Source: Spongospora subterranea f. sp. subterranea | Lineage: Eukaryota | Assembly (NCBI GenBank): GCA_049724395.1 | Contig: JAUGWO010000113.1 | Span: 1 to 64,000 of the forward strand | Direction: 5' to 3' | Length of the DNA: 64,000 nt | Part shown: positions 25,780 to 39,800 of the stretch, in pieces | Layout of the letters: each line of letters begins with the position of its first letter | How positions within the stretch are numbered: position 1 is the stretch's first letter | Notes under the pieces: generated by a model | Databases searched by the model: none | What the model saw: only the letters and a program-made list of their open reading frames with translations | What the model was told of the DNA's origin: nothing | Translations under genes and position numbers: made by a program

Positions 25780-27290
25780 TGATGTCCCGATGATGTGTCC
25801 CAAGATCTCGGGCTCGAGCCTGTTTAAGCAGACTAAATCGGACCTCGGCCATTTCGGTTTCGTCGTGTGTTTTCGTTTTGCTTGCTTATATAAAAATACT
25901 TTGTGTTCTCTTCTTGCTCTGTCTTCCATATTCTCGTGTCCCAATTGGTTATCGGCTCAACCCGCACTTCCTAGCCTCTGCCCCCTCTGCTCTCACCCTT
26001 TCTAGTCCCTGGTTCCCTCTGCTCTCTCTCATTCCTTACTTCTCCCTCTGCCCATCGTCTTCGAATCTCTCAATCATCATGGATTTCAATGAAGTTCAGC
26101 AGTATGTAGAGCAGGCGTTGGCCTCACAGGCCTAGGCAATGGAAGGGAACATCAACGCAGCCATCGCTCACGGTTTAGCTTCAGTGTCAGCTTTAAAGAG
26201 CCGACTATTCATCTTCCCCTTACTCCCGCTACACGAGAACCAAAGGTCGAGCTACCTCCATTTTTGATGATAATCTGCGACAGCTTCGAACATGGCTCCG
26301 CAGTTCGAGTCGTGAAGAGATTCCCTAGAAATGCAGCCAAAAGCAAAATCAAGGTTTGTGGTATATTAGTGGCTTTCAAAAGGCAAATGGAGTTAAGACG
26401 TCAATTGAGTAGTGTGATCAAGACGGTAATATCTGTCGTCTCGGCTTCTCTGAGCGCCTCGCAACCAGCGTGTCGAGATTCGGTAACGTCCATGGGTTCG
26501 AGCGAGTTAGCGATTTAAGGGAAAACTGGATAAATTCACTCTGATATGTTTATTCGGAGCTACGTAACTACTATGCGACGCCACCCGTGTGGCAGGTGAT
26601 GTGCAGCCGTCTCTTCGGCCACGCAGCCACATGGTGGTCGGTCACGTTCAATGCCAAAGAGGTTTTCCTGACCATTGTCGAACTGTTCAAGAAGCCCATC
26701 ACAAACTGAGTCCCGGACTCAAATTCAGCCCACAACGCGGCCCAGACGGGAACTGCTTGCCGACTCCGGTTGAAGAAACCGGGGCCGTCGCGACTCACAA
26801 ATTCCGACGGGCCAGAAAGCGGTTGGCGCATTCATTTGCCTGCCTCTCAAGATCGTGCAGGTCGTTCGTGTGAGCAAACGTCTTTACGCCGTACTCAACA
26901 AATTCCCTTAGGCAAATTTATCAAGCATCTGGGCCGCGTTGTGGGACTTTCAGGATCTGCTGATGACGTTTACTCGCACGGACGACCTGCACGATGAAAG
27001 ACAGGCAAATGAATGCGCTAATCGCATTCTGGCCCGCCATGGTTGTCATTTCGAGAACAAGATTCCTCCGGCAGACAATCATATTCCAATGGATATCGGC
27101 ACAATCATCGCTGCTGTTCGCATGGAGATGACCGCACATCAATCGCGCTCAACCTCGCGCAGACCGCTGCAGAACGCCAGTTCCTCCTTTTCGCTTTTCA
27201 TCGCGGATGCGGCGTTCTTCTCTCAATTGGGCCTCGCGCCGGACAAACTTCCGATTGCTTTACAGACTCGGCAAGTAGCGATTAAATTTG
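25780..27290 (+). mobile_element. Ty3/gypsy gag remnant with pyrimidine-rich leader
   Basis: REPKVELPP-FDDNLRQLRTWL, RLFGHAATWW and PMDIG motifs. Heavily frameshifted. Confidence 0.65.
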
Positions 27291-27329
27291 CCCTTGCTGA
27301 TTATCATCATTGCCGTCGTCACTGTTGCT

Positions 27330-27830
27330 ATTTGGCCTTAGGTTTCTTTTTGAGGGTGCTTTCTTTGTTCTGGGACGTCGATCCATGTCAAAATGGATCA
27401 AGTATAGACAGACTCTGCCGACGCGCCACACTTCAGTATAATGCAAAGAAGGAGAGCAAATGTTGCCGCAGCAGCATCTGCGATGTTAGCAGCTTGGGCG
27501 GCTTCGTGGTCTGCCTTTTGCTTCATCTGAAGCTTGCCGATGATTGCGATAGCATCCTCCAGCGGCGCCTGTTTTCCCGATTATTCTTCGGCGGAACCCG
27601 AACGCCGCAAATGCGTCCTTGTTGTGATCTCTTGCCAGCGCAATTTGTTCCTGGAATTTAGCTTGAACCGCTTTCTGTTCAGTGTTTCCACACCAAACCG
27701 TGGCAATTTAGCCCTTGTGCAACCCGATCCCAACCTGAAGCGATTCTTCCTTAATATAACAGAATTGCGTTCGCCTCTTTCAACAGCAAAAAGTCCAGGG
27801 CGTTTATCCTTGCTCTTCTCTGGACCGGTC
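27330..27830 (-). mobile_element. Decayed Myb/SANT-like ORF of the kind carried by Harbinger elements
   Basis: Minus-strand fragments LLLKEANA...GWDRVAQG...KAVQAKFQEQIALAR...LEDAIAII, with stops. Confidence 0.35.
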
Positions 27831-28296
27831 CTTCATCAACAAAGTTTTCTGCCATCGGAGCGGAATCACAACAGCCACGAAAACACGTCCTCCATTAGAT
27901 CATGCAAACGAAATCAACCTGAGCCGAATGTGAGAGTAAACGTAGGTGCAATAAACGAAGGAAGTTATCAAACGACACAAAGTGCAGAATTAGGAAAAAT
28001 ATCTTCAAGTGGGAAAGGCCTTACGCAATATGGAGGAAATTCGACATATCTGGAATTTCGCGTCCGAAACGTTTTATGACTGACTACCTTTCTATTTTCT
28101 GGAATTGGAGAAACTACAGTAAAACTACAGTACAGTACAACGGAAAAAACGAAGGCGAGACCCTTTGTGACGGAGTGTAATTCCATTCCCCGAAAAACGA
28201 ATAATTAAAAGTGTACCGAATATTCGTTATTGTTTTACTGCCTCTCCAACGAATTAAACCTGTCTATTGTATCGCCCTAGCGTTGAAGCCATAGCC

Positions 28297-31200
28297 ATGA
28301 TCAGTCAGCAGCAGGATGGAGTGATGTCTCTCCCAGCATCTGGAGTCGATAACGTGCCAATAACAATATCCTGGCACGATGTTGGGTATTCTGTCCCAAT
28401 TAAAGGAAAACCAGATAAAACCATTATTAATTCCACATTCGGACACGTATGATTTCTCGACGTGGCTCTTTACTGTTCTGATAGTTTTACAAGGCGCTTC
28501 CGGGTGAAATGTTGGCATTAATGGGCGGATCTGGGGCTGGTAAAAGGTATATCCCTTTAATTAACTTGAGTTATATCCTGAACCCGTTTTAGTACGATGC
28601 TGGATCTTTTACGAGGACGCATCGCAAACACGTCTGGGAAAATATTAGTAAAGTCGGATTCTATCGTAGCTGTAACGGGTTCTTTTCGTCACTTACTGTC
28701 GATTGTTTCATTTTAAAATAGTGGCCGTCCCCGCCCGAAAAATTTCAAACATCATGTCTCTTATGTTCAACAGGAAGATAGTTTATATCGTAAGATTGAT
28801 AACACCTTTATCCATAGCTGATTCACATTTGCATTGTTGTCTCACCAAACTTTTTCTTGGTTCTCTTTTATAATCCATTAATCACCTAGAAATCAGTTTG
28901 GGTTCTATTGTAGCACAGGCACATCCCGTCCATTTTGGATTTGTTAAAACGTGTTCGCTGTTTTCACGATCAAATGAAAGTTTTATGGTTTCATGTTTGT
29001 ATAATCAAATGCCTATGTCAACACATTAAATCAAATGCCACCATTTGATCCCCGTATTGCTCAGCAATCTTATCGGTTCGGGAGTGCATCACTTATGCGG
29101 CGCGGCTACAGTATGGTCTTCAAACTGCAAAGTGCAATCGATAGGAATCTGATCATTTCTTATATTGCCAGATTGCCAGTAGTTTTGACCAGGTCTGTCA
29201 TCGATACCAAAGTCAATGAGCTGATCAAGGTCATGGGATTGCAGAGATGTGCCGATACTAATATTGGTTCGTATTCGAGTCTGATTTGGTTCATCTGGCT
29301 CTCAACGATATGCAAACAGGAAATGCAATTTTTCGTGGGGTCAGCGGCGGTGAACGACGACGTGCTTCGATTGGTAAATGCTGCCAGGTCCGGTTGATCC
29401 AAACTTGATTGATGGGTATTTGGCAGGGGTTGAGCTTGTCACCGATCCACAGATCATATTCTTAGATGAGGTGTGACCACATTTTTTTTTCATAATTTTT
29501 AACGCAAATGACGAAGTGTTATGAAATTCCTACAATTTGAAATGAACCGAAGTTAGGATCAATAATCTAGAATGAAAACCTACTTTAGCCAGTTGGGTTA
29601 CTCATTATCTGAAAAATGGCGAAAGCCTATAGAAATTCGTTGTTGCAAGAGCATCACGCAACACCATATAATATCACGCATTGACCCAAATGACGTGATT
29701 TAGCCGACCTCAGGATTGGATAGCGAATCGGCAAGGCAAATTATTACTCTACTAACACAATTGGCAAAATCCCAGAATAAAACCATAATTGCCACAATCC
29801 ATCAGCCGAGCTCGGACGTATTCTCCATGTTTGATAAAATCGTGTAAGAATAGTCTATACCTCGCCAGTTCTATCTTTTTTCTTTTCCCATTACACTGAT
29901 CCTCATTGTTTTTTTCTATTCTTCTTTCCAGCTTCCCTTATTCGATTTTGATGTTTTATTGAGCACTTCGATTTGGTGCGTTTCTGAGCTTGCCTTTGGT
30001 AAACAGATTGCTTTCTCAAGGCCAGACCATGTTCCATGGTACATCAGCTGAGGCGCTCATCCACTTTGATAAGACCCTCAAATTTGTAATCTCCTACATT
30101 ACGCTAAAATGACCCTCAGATTCTGAGTTTACTTTGAATTTTCAGCCATGCCCATTGCGATTCAATCCTTGTGATCACTATCTATCAGTGCTGAATACCG
30201 ATTTTTCCAGCGATCCCGCGGCAGCCAGGAATAAGGTTGCCGGTTATGCAAAGCTGTTTCGCGATTCAGATATCGCAGCGCTGCTTCTCAAAGAACTAAA
30301 GGAAATTGAGCAAAATCCTGGGAAAGCGTTGAGCACAGATGGATTCGCTCTTGGGTATTGTCTCTCAGACGGCGGGGTTGATTGCAGTGGTTTGATGATC
30401 TACTAGGCACATCCGACAGATTGGAATCCTGACTGAACGCGCCTACAAAAACGCAGGTATAATCACTTTCATGTTTTCATGAATCTTCTGTATTAGTTCC
30501 ATACTTTCCGAAGTATGGTGTCAACTGGACAAACCACAGTATTCTGCCCCCTCGCTCTAAGTTTTGCGCAAATATTTTTACCCCCTGGCTCATATCTTAC
30601 TTTACAACCTGCCAGATCTCTCAGCAACAGATCCTTCGTTATTTTTCGAGCATTTCTAGTAGTAAAATGTTTCGTTTAATTGTTGTCAATGATTATCATT
30701 GATTCCCACGAGAATTTTGCAGGCAAGAACTTGTTGATGTATTGGATCCGCGCAGCAAGTAAGTCATCTGGTGCAATGGACTCTTTCTCATTCATCTGAT
30801 CATCGCTGTCTATTCCATTAGTGTTTTTCTGTATGGCCATTCTCATGGGTACCACTTTCTACGATGTTGGCACCCTTCAGTCTGAGGTTTATATTCCCGC
30901 TTCAGTTGTAAGGCTTGTCTCTGACACGTGCGCCAGATTCAAGATCGGTTTTCAGCTCACTTTTTTGCGGTTGCCTTCCTTTGCTTCATGGTATGATGAA
31001 ACAAAGTATATCGACATGCAGTGAATTGTCTTATTCTGATAGAGTTTCGATCTTCAGAAATTTTGGTTTCATCGTTCTCCGTCTTTTCAGTGTTTCACTA
31101 TATTCATTATGACAAGGAAGATGAAAAAATATCTGAAATGCTACTTTAGTCAGTCGCCAGTATACCCGGAATCATCGAAGAGAAACAGGTTCTGGATCGA

Positions 31201-32197
31201 GAGGTTATGAACGGCGCCTATCCTGTATCTTCATTCGTGATCTCCAACATTCTCGTTTCGGCGCCGTTCGTCCTTCTCATGACCTTGATCTTCACGGTCA
31301 TCGCGTATGTATTCCTCTTTTTGATGAAAATCACCATTCAAGTTTCGATAGGTACCCACTAATTATGTTCCAGAGCGGGATTGAACACGTCCTCGTTTAC
31401 ATCCTGTTCTTATTTCTCTCGATCTATACAATGGAATGCATTGTCACTGTTATGTAGGTCAAAACGGTTCATATTGTGAGTTTAGTAGTCCTGTATTTAC
31501 TGGGTTTTCTCATTTCAGAGCTTGTACAGCTCCAATCTTTGTCGTGGCGCTGGCGGTCAGCGCCTTCCTTAACGGTTTCTTCAGTTCGTAACTTCATCCG
31601 TTTTTATGGCCTCTCCGTTTTTTAATCCTGTCCAGTGTGTGTCCAAGGGTATTTTGTCCGCTTATCATCATTACCGCTATTTTGGCGCTATTGGGCACAT
31701 TATGTAATCACGCCAACAATGAGTTGACGTTCTCGGAATATTAACCTTCTGCGTCTTGCAGTGGTCGTACCAAACATACGCGTTCGAAGCTCTGGTTAAA
31801 AACGATTTTGATGGGTTAACGTTCTCTTGCGGCAAAGGAGTTGGGCACGGAATTGGCGGGACCCAATGCTTTTGTAACCGATTCCGCAATCTTTTTTCAT
31901 TTGTGTTATGATTCACCGCTGTTCGTTTGGAGCTCCGGATTTTGTTTCGCGAGTCATGCGAGCCTTTTTTCAAAAAGAATCGGACAACAATTGCAGAAAA
32001 TAACTAGCGCTTTAGGTCAATATCAGGGCGCTCTTAATAGTCAGTGTCAATTCTCTGGTCAAGATGTGCTCCGCGATTTCGATTACAACGACGTATCGCT
32101 CGTGAATTGGGCTTTGGTGTTAATCGGGCAAATCATTATCTATCGTATCATCATGTATCTCGTCTTGAAATGGAAAACCAAAGAAATCACTTTTTAA
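28297..32197 (+). CDS. ABCG (White-like) half transporter
   Basis: Walker A ALMGGSGAGK, signature GVSGGERRRASIG, IIFLDE|PTSGLDS and H-loop IATIHQPSS. C-terminal TM domain with REVMNGAY and YAFEALVKNDF. Many short introns. Confidence 0.95.
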
Positions 32198-32843
32198 CTT
32201 AGTCATCATTAAAAAATCTGTGTTGCATGAATTATTGGCAGCGTCTATGGTCAATAGTCTCAAGTTGTGTGTCTCAACTGCTAATATCCTCAAGCATTAT
32301 TCACTCCTCAGCAGGAACATCAATGCTGGGCTCAGAAATTTGATCTGCGCTGCCGTGAGTTGCTGGACCGAAGTACAGCAACACCGATGTTTGACATTTT
32401 CGTCTTCGTTATGGCGACAAATTCTAACCACAAGACGCGCTCAACGTTGACGGTGATGAAACTAGGAGTGGAATAACCCTTTTGGACTCAAAAGACGGTA
32501 CAATCAGCACGGCAGCAGTTAAAATCACGATAATAATTTACAAGCAGAGTCATTCCTGAGCTGAATCATTCGGAAGGAACTGAAGACACCCCCGGTTCTT
32601 GCGAAGGTCGTGAATCGTTTTTTAAACCTACGATTATCCCAATACACACATAACGGGTCCTCGCAAAGTACTGTAGTGTCGATACAACGGTCAACGACCA
32701 TTCGGTAGCAACGGTCCTTGGCAGGCGCGGCCTTTATCGGATCATGAAGTTCTGTGGCCAGGGTGGGTTTGCGTATTCATACGTCGAGAAGTGGCCACCG
32801 AAATTGTTGAGCAATTAGTTCACTCCTTTGGCGAACCCAAAAA

Positions 32844-33119
32844 ATGGACCTGAGTCAAACACAGATCGTTTTCATCGTGGCATTGGTCTTTCTTATCGGA
32901 TTTCTGATCATTACATGCTTACGGCCTGCACATCAGCCGGTGCGTCAAGTTGAGACGTACGGAACAAATTTATATCGCCCTTCTCAGTCGGAAGGTCCAT
33001 TTCATCCTCTGCCGTCGGCGCCTAATCTATCACCCGCAAGGCAACAGCTTGGACCACCTCAGTTCACGTTCCCCTCCATGCGCAAATCGGAATCGTCTGC
33101 TTTACCGAACGCATCTTGA
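32844..33119 (+). CDS. Small single-pass membrane protein, hypothetical
   Basis: 91-aa ORF with AAAAATGG start context, hydrophobic IVFIVALVFLIGFLIITCL and a Pro/Ser-rich tail. Confidence 0.6.
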   Translation: MDLSQTQIVFIVALVFLIGFLIITCLRPAHQPVRQVETYGTNLYRPSQSEGPFHPLPSAPNLSPARQQLGPPQFTFPSMRKSESSALPNAS

Positions 33120-33180
33120 ACTATGATAAACTCAAGCCGTCACACCATATCGGCGGCTACCACTTATTTCTTGTATATAT

Positions 33181-35907
33181 TTATTCAGATAAAGGCGAGA
33201 AAAGTTCGGCAACTGACTTTGTTTTGAGTGTATCGATGCAGTATTTGAGGCGTAATTTGTGTATCTGATTCTGGCGCCCTATGGTCCAACTGGGGCGGCT
33301 AGGGATGAAGCCGAACAGCAGTGCCTGTATTAGAAAAACGATGTGCTCGAGAAATAGGGCTGCTGTAAGGCGAATCATTAAGCCCCGTCCAAAACACAAC
33401 CGATTGGGCCCGAATGGTGTTGCATCATCGCCACAATCAGAGAAAAAAGCTTCCAACTGCCCAGTGCTGAAGCAGAACAGCGCTACAGATATTGTACCGC
33501 TGAGAAGCATGGTCACGAATAGGTACCCCTCCCATTCGCCGGCGTCGCGAGCCTTACGAGGTTGAGGGCGCCTAAAGTGGACCATGCGCTTGGCGAGATT
33601 CGCATGCGTACTCAGCCAGGCATTCAGCAACACCAAGAATACAATGCTCGGAGACACAACAGAAAATGTGCCTAGGAGTCCAATATGGATAACCAAATCT
33701 TCGTAATCACACCCACTCCAGCGGTATGGTAGCTTGGTCATCGCAACAATATCATCGAATGTGAATTGTCCCATTGGCTGACAGCAGCCTATTTTCTATG
33801 CAATTGACAACATGAAAATGAAATGGGAGCATTGGGCAGAACGGCATGCTTTTACCATTATGTCGTCTGACGGAAGAATAAACCTGCTTAGGTCTATAGC
33901 CAACAAAACAGCTTCGCTCGGCCAATAATTTCTCCTTGACTGCATGTTGATAGAACATATGTTTTCTCCATTTTTTGCAATTTTTGCAATGTCTTTCATC
34001 ATTGGCAATATGGTCTCGAAAATCAGCGTGGCAGTTATCATAACCAGAAGCGGTATGATTAAAGTGTTGTTCGGATTAAACGCATCGGCGTTGTACTCAT
34101 AAACAAGGATGCCCGAGAGATGCCTGCTAATGATATGGTGAAGTTCTTCACCAAAAGGGGTCACTACAAACGCCACAGGAAGTAGCCAAAGATAGGCAGA
34201 GACCCATTGTAGAAAAAACGTGTTTACAATCAGTGTATGGGTTTCGATCGCGTTCCAGGCGATGGTTCTTCAGATCGGTTACATGATGAGAACATATTTT
34301 CGCGTAATGCTGCATCCAGAACATGAGCAGACCAATCAAGATAGCCAAAAGCGCACGAATTGCAATAATTTGACTGCTGGGAAGGCAAAATACCTGCATT
34401 TTCGCTGAGCAATCAGGTACCGCAGTGGTCAGCGAGTACAGGGTAGTACTGAGTGTAGTGACAAACCCCATCAACAAAACTTGCACGCCAATGAATAAGG
34501 TGTTCAATGGTAACAACGACAAGGGCTGACGAATCTTGTTTCTGAACCCAGTGTTTTCCATAAAATTTTCTTCAAAAAGGTAATGCTCTTGAAGCTGTTT
34601 GTGTTCCCCATGACCTCTTTTGCCGCACGGATCGTAATGAATATTGGGATACGCACGTTCCATGAGCAGCGTTGTGTTCCAGATAGTAGCTAAAGTTGAA
34701 CATCTTCTTTGCCAATATTTTAACATCCTATAAATTTTTCAGAATTCAACAGATTATAAGACTGTTGACACAGTACAAGGGAAGAAACACTGCAGAAATA
34801 GACAAGCCGAACACTCCGAGAAGACGGAGATATGTTATGCGATGTAAAAGCTCCCAGGTGTCAGCAATTTGAAGCAAAGCGCCCAACAAGGAGGGAAAGC
34901 AAAGCCATCTCACAACATGAATTGTAAACGCATATTGAATCGCAATTTCGTCTCCAGAATGTCGGCGCATTTCGTGAATGAAAAATTCGCGACCAATTCG
35001 ATACGATTGGGGATCGTCCAGCTCTTGTATGGAACCCGGATTTCTGACTCTTGAGCACTGAAAACAAAGTGAACACCCATTGTATTAACAGCAGCTAAAA
35101 TGATTTACAAGCAAGATGTGCCAAAGCCGTCGAAACGACGTCTGATGACGATGCAAGGCCAGCAGTCGACGATAGAATTTCAGGCAAGGTAATGCAATTA
35201 CCGATACTCCATCACCTAACAAAAAACTCTCAACCATGAATTCGGCTTCTAAATTTGAAAAACTGCTGTCGCAGTTCCATCTTCGTATTGAAAAAAGATC
35301 AACAATGACAAAGTCGCCTTACCAAACAAAAAAACAACAAAGACAGTACAAACTACCTGCAAAGATGTCGGATTTGTAAAACAGGTTGACATGCTTGGAA
35401 AGCGGTAGAAATGAAAACAATAGACGAATCAACCATACCATGCTGAACTCCAGCTTTTTCCAGCAACAGCATGCCGGCTTGAACCCTGTCGGCATACGTA
35501 AGATCTCCGATATCAGGTTTGGAACTGAAATCAAATACTCCTTCGCAACCCGAACTGATCCAACGTTCCAATTGCAGTGCTTGCGCCATATCACTAATCA
35601 GAGAGTTATCAACCTTCACCATCACGATAATCTGCCTAGACGCGGACCGCTCTCGGTTCAGAACATCAAACGATATACCTGCCCTGGCTAGGCGCTTTAG
35701 TGTATTCACCATTCCGAAATACATTTTCGAATCATTGTTAACTGGCTCATTGTTGAAAACCAGCGCAAACTAAAATCATCGTCAGGGATTCGTCCAAAAG
35801 AATAGTGTTCTGCCCCTGATTACAGCATATGGATTTGATTCTGGAATGAACCATCGGAAATACATTCGCGAAGACGTCACTGCTTTACTATCATTGGCAC
35901 CCTCCAT
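33181..35907 (-). CDS. Anoctamin/TMEM16-family membrane protein (divergent)
   Basis: SGDEIAIQYAF...WLCFPSLLG, YWQRRCSTLATIW, TDLKNHR, DYEDLVIHIG, FRRPQPRKARDAGEW, LFLEHIVF...IPSRPSW. One +1 indel near 34240. Confidence 0.88.
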
Positions 35908-36846
35908 TTGGCTGCTTTGCCTCTCCTTTCGCTGTTGAGCAGCAATCAGGGACGGCGACCGTCCTTTGATGGAGACTCAACACAATACAAGAACAATATC
36001 GTTATGCACTGCATGTATGAAAGAAACCGAATTGAATTAGACTTTATGATAAGATATATTCCATGAACGATACACTGATTTGAGAATGGTATCGTTATTG
36101 GTCAACTGAACAAGAGGCCAAGCTCATAAGCGACGTCAACTATACTGTACACACAATACACGAAGGTCCAACATTGTGAAATTGACGTTGTGCGAGAGAT
36201 TGTGATATCGAGGATAGCATTAAGCGTTTCTGGCACATTTGCCTGAATTGAGCATGCGACCCCCTTGTTGATATCCTTAATATCACAAACGAGTCGCAGA
36301 CGTTCGAGAGGAACGGAAAGCTGGGGCGAAAATGATTAACAGCTGCCATCATGAGCCGCTGTTTATCATTTTCGCCACAGCGTTCCGTTCCTCTCTCGTA
36401 GAACCTTCGATTCCTGACTAACATGATTCGATTTTGTCTTTCTGATCCACCTTGGGCGAATAGGCATGGCAAACATAAACCGATTTTGCGGTTTTGATAT
36501 TTTTCTTCCTTCATAAAAACCACGTTTGTCCTGCTGCAAAGTGATTAAACATGACACTGGAGAGGAGACCGAAACCGAAGTGACTCTGAGATGACTTGGC
36601 GTTGAAAAAAACATCGCTGGTTTGTCGAGTTTACCAGTCATCCTGATCGATTACTTCTTGCTTGTCCCATCTGGATTATTTTTGTTGTAGAGTTGTTATC
36701 AACGTTCTTTCGAGTGCATCACCTCTTGGCAGTTCAAATTCAGAACCTGCCATGGAAATAGACGCAGGAGCGGAAGTGAGTTCAGCAAATCGATATTGAA
36801 ATTTTTAATTGTCGATATTGTGTATGCAGTTTAATAAAGATCATGG

Positions 36847-39800
36847 TCACGCTGGTCGTAAAGAAGCTTGGCTTAATCGATCTTCGCATGCTAGCCGCAG
36901 CCTTTCACATGTAGCTGGAGAATCCAGAGAAAAATGGCGACTATCGCGTCGGTACGCATATATTGCCTCTTTGGCGGCGAACAGAACTGACGAACCGAGA
37001 AAAAGAGGCGGTTCACCAACTCCTTTCGAACTGTATATTGTTGATAATCGCTCTGTGAAATGAATATATGAGCATTGGTCAGAGTCTAATGGTGAACTTA
37101 CGGTCGGAATTGGGCCCGTCCTGGTGCAGTGTAACTCGGAAATCAACAGGAATGTCACTACAGGATGGAATTTTGTATGTTCCGGGTCCGGTTGTGAACA
37201 ATTTACCGCTGGGTGACCTAACAATTTCCTCTGTAGAAAGCATAATTTGGTTGCAAGTTGTCAATTGTATTCTTGTTAAAGAACCGTTAACAAATTTGCA
37301 AATCAAGATGGCAAAGAACATCTGGAAAATACTAGATCAGGAATTACCCATGCAAAATAAACCAAACCCTTGGACAAATCCGCCCTCGATTTGCCCAATA
37401 TCAATGGTTGGGTTTAGCGACGATCCGACATCGTGAATGATGTCCACCCTGTTCACGATCAAATCGCCAGTCAAGCAATCGATCTTTTATAGTATAAACG
37501 CAAAATTGATTGAACAATACAGTTATTTTTCAAACCTGGACTTCGGCAGCAGCGACTCCATATGAGAAGTAATGGAATGGGCGGCCTTTGCCTGAATTAA
37601 AATCAAAGTCGAGATTTGGGGTGCTGAGTAAAAATGCATCAGTGCTATCCTACGACTATAACGAAAGGTCAAACCTGTAAAAGCCGTTCGCGGATAAATT
37701 AACTCGATGCAGATGAGCTTCCATGACGACCTCGGCGAAACTCGCTGACGACGGCAAAGTGGCACGAATCGGTTTTAGTCTTTCCATAATCTAAAAGTGG
37801 TTAACAGACAAAAAGTAAAATGCAAATCAATCATCGAACCTGACGACAGGCGTCTTGGATGGCGGCACCGTTAAGATCGGCGCTAACCGATGCTGCCGTG
37901 GGATGTGTATTTGCCACCTGAAAGCACATAGTCAATGTGTCGACAAAAAGAAAACGACCTGCAAAGGGAGAACAACATGACTTATAGATAATCAGACCTT
38001 ATCCGTAGCCGTTTCAGAAATGTAAACATGCTCAATAGGAATTTGCAGTTCATGGGCAGCGACAGCACACATTTTGGTGTGTAAGCCCTGTCCCATCTCA
38101 GTGCCACCATGGGTCACTAGAACCGTGCCGTCTGTGTAGCAATGAACCAACGCAGCGGCTTGATTCATGAACTATGCGACAGATTGACATGTCATGTTGC
38201 TTATGGTTGGCGCTTCGGCAACATCGTACCTTCAATGTAAAACTCATTCCGAACTTAGTTGGTACACAGGCAATGCCCCGTTTCACATATTGGTTATTGC
38301 AATTGAATTGCTCGATCTCAGCCTAGAAAGAACAGGGTGGAAAAACAGTTCAAAATGGCGACGCAAGTGCGATATAGAATTTGCAAAAGACCTTTCTGCG
38401 ATCGACCTCGGCAGTCCGGAAGAGATCGCTCCACATTTGTTGCAGCGGGCAGCTGGGCATCTAAAATTAGTGTCAAAATGGGAAATGCAAGACTTTTCCT
38501 GAATTACCTGTTGGCCGAAATATGTCTCACAGTGATCTGACTTACCGAAAAGATTCATCCGAATGATTTCATGGCGGTCGATACTCAATTCACGAGCGAC
38601 ATGTTCCAGCCAAGTTTCGGCGACAAACATGCCTTGCGGTCCTCCGAACCCGCGAAACGCCTTGGCACCAGAAGTTAGTAATGAGAAAATTCAAAACGAA
38701 CCTTACTACCGTGTTTGATGGAGTATTTGTCTTGCAAATTCTTCCGGTGCAGCGTAAAGCTGGAACAAAATATGAGTTTTCAGCATGAAATAGCGCCCTC
38801 TCCATTACGGGCACACTGAGCGAATTGGAATCTTGATAAGCATTGAATATAGATAGTTTCAATGACTGACCTCAAATCTTGCGAGCATCCTCCATCAGAA
38901 TACAATTGTATATCCACAGCTTGTAGAATGCCCAAACGAGAGACGCCAACATGGTAAACACCGAAAAATGGATGTCTGGTGCCAGTGATACTCATATCAA
39001 CGTCGCGAGGAAGAGTGCATCGGACCTGGGAAACATCAGCGCCAAGCATATTATGCAAAAAACATGAAACTATCGTTGCTGAAATTTGACATATTAAAAA
39101 AATTAACTGCGAAATAAACATCAACCTGACGGCCCGTTAGTTTGGCACCAATGGCAGCAATGCTGCATACAAAGATGCTACGAGTCTCTTTTCCGCCAAA
39201 CCCGCCCCCAATGCGCTTGACGCGACAGACAACACGGTTACGTTGAATTCCAAGTGCCTTAGCTACAAATCTGCAAAGAATGAGTACCGATGAAGCAAGC
39301 TGATGCTAGAGTCCAACGTTTGCGTTTTGGTAGGATTTTGGGTTGACGACAGCACTTCGACTTCATCGCCTTCGCCACAGACTGCAATTGCGGTCTAAGT
39401 GATATCAGGGTTGAACCTGACACTGGAGAGCAAAACTGACTTGGGGTTCCATATAAAAATGCTCTTGTGCCCCAATATGAACCGAACCCTTGACGACAAC
39501 CTGAAAACAGATGATTTATGTTTAAAAACCAATAGAACCGACAATACCTCAGCCTCGTCCAACGCTTTATCAACACCACCTCTGCAAAGCATCAATTTAT
39601 GAGGTGGAGCAAAATACGACTCTGCAGCAATGGCCTCTTTGATATTCAAAATGTACGGAAGAATCTCATACTTGACTGACACCAATCTGGCAGCTGCCTG
39701 AGAAAATTAAAAAAGTTTTCAACAAATAGATGACAACGATAGCCCTGTTTCCTACCTGCGCATTTGCCTCCGTATCGGCAAGAATGGCACCGATAGCGGC

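Noticed and set aside
28547..28592. U12-type (minor) intron in the ABCG gene
   Set aside because: Donor GTATATCCCTT and putative branch TCCTGAAC only approximate the strict GTATCCTT / TCCTTAAC consensus.
29505..29625. Intronic C/D-box snoRNA
   Set aside because: An ATGACGA...CTGA pair is present, but there is no convincing terminal stem or recognisable rRNA complementarity.
36000..36790. Small spliced gene between anoctamin and XDH
   Set aside because: Some splice-like signals are present, but I could not assemble a consistent reading frame or recognise a domain.
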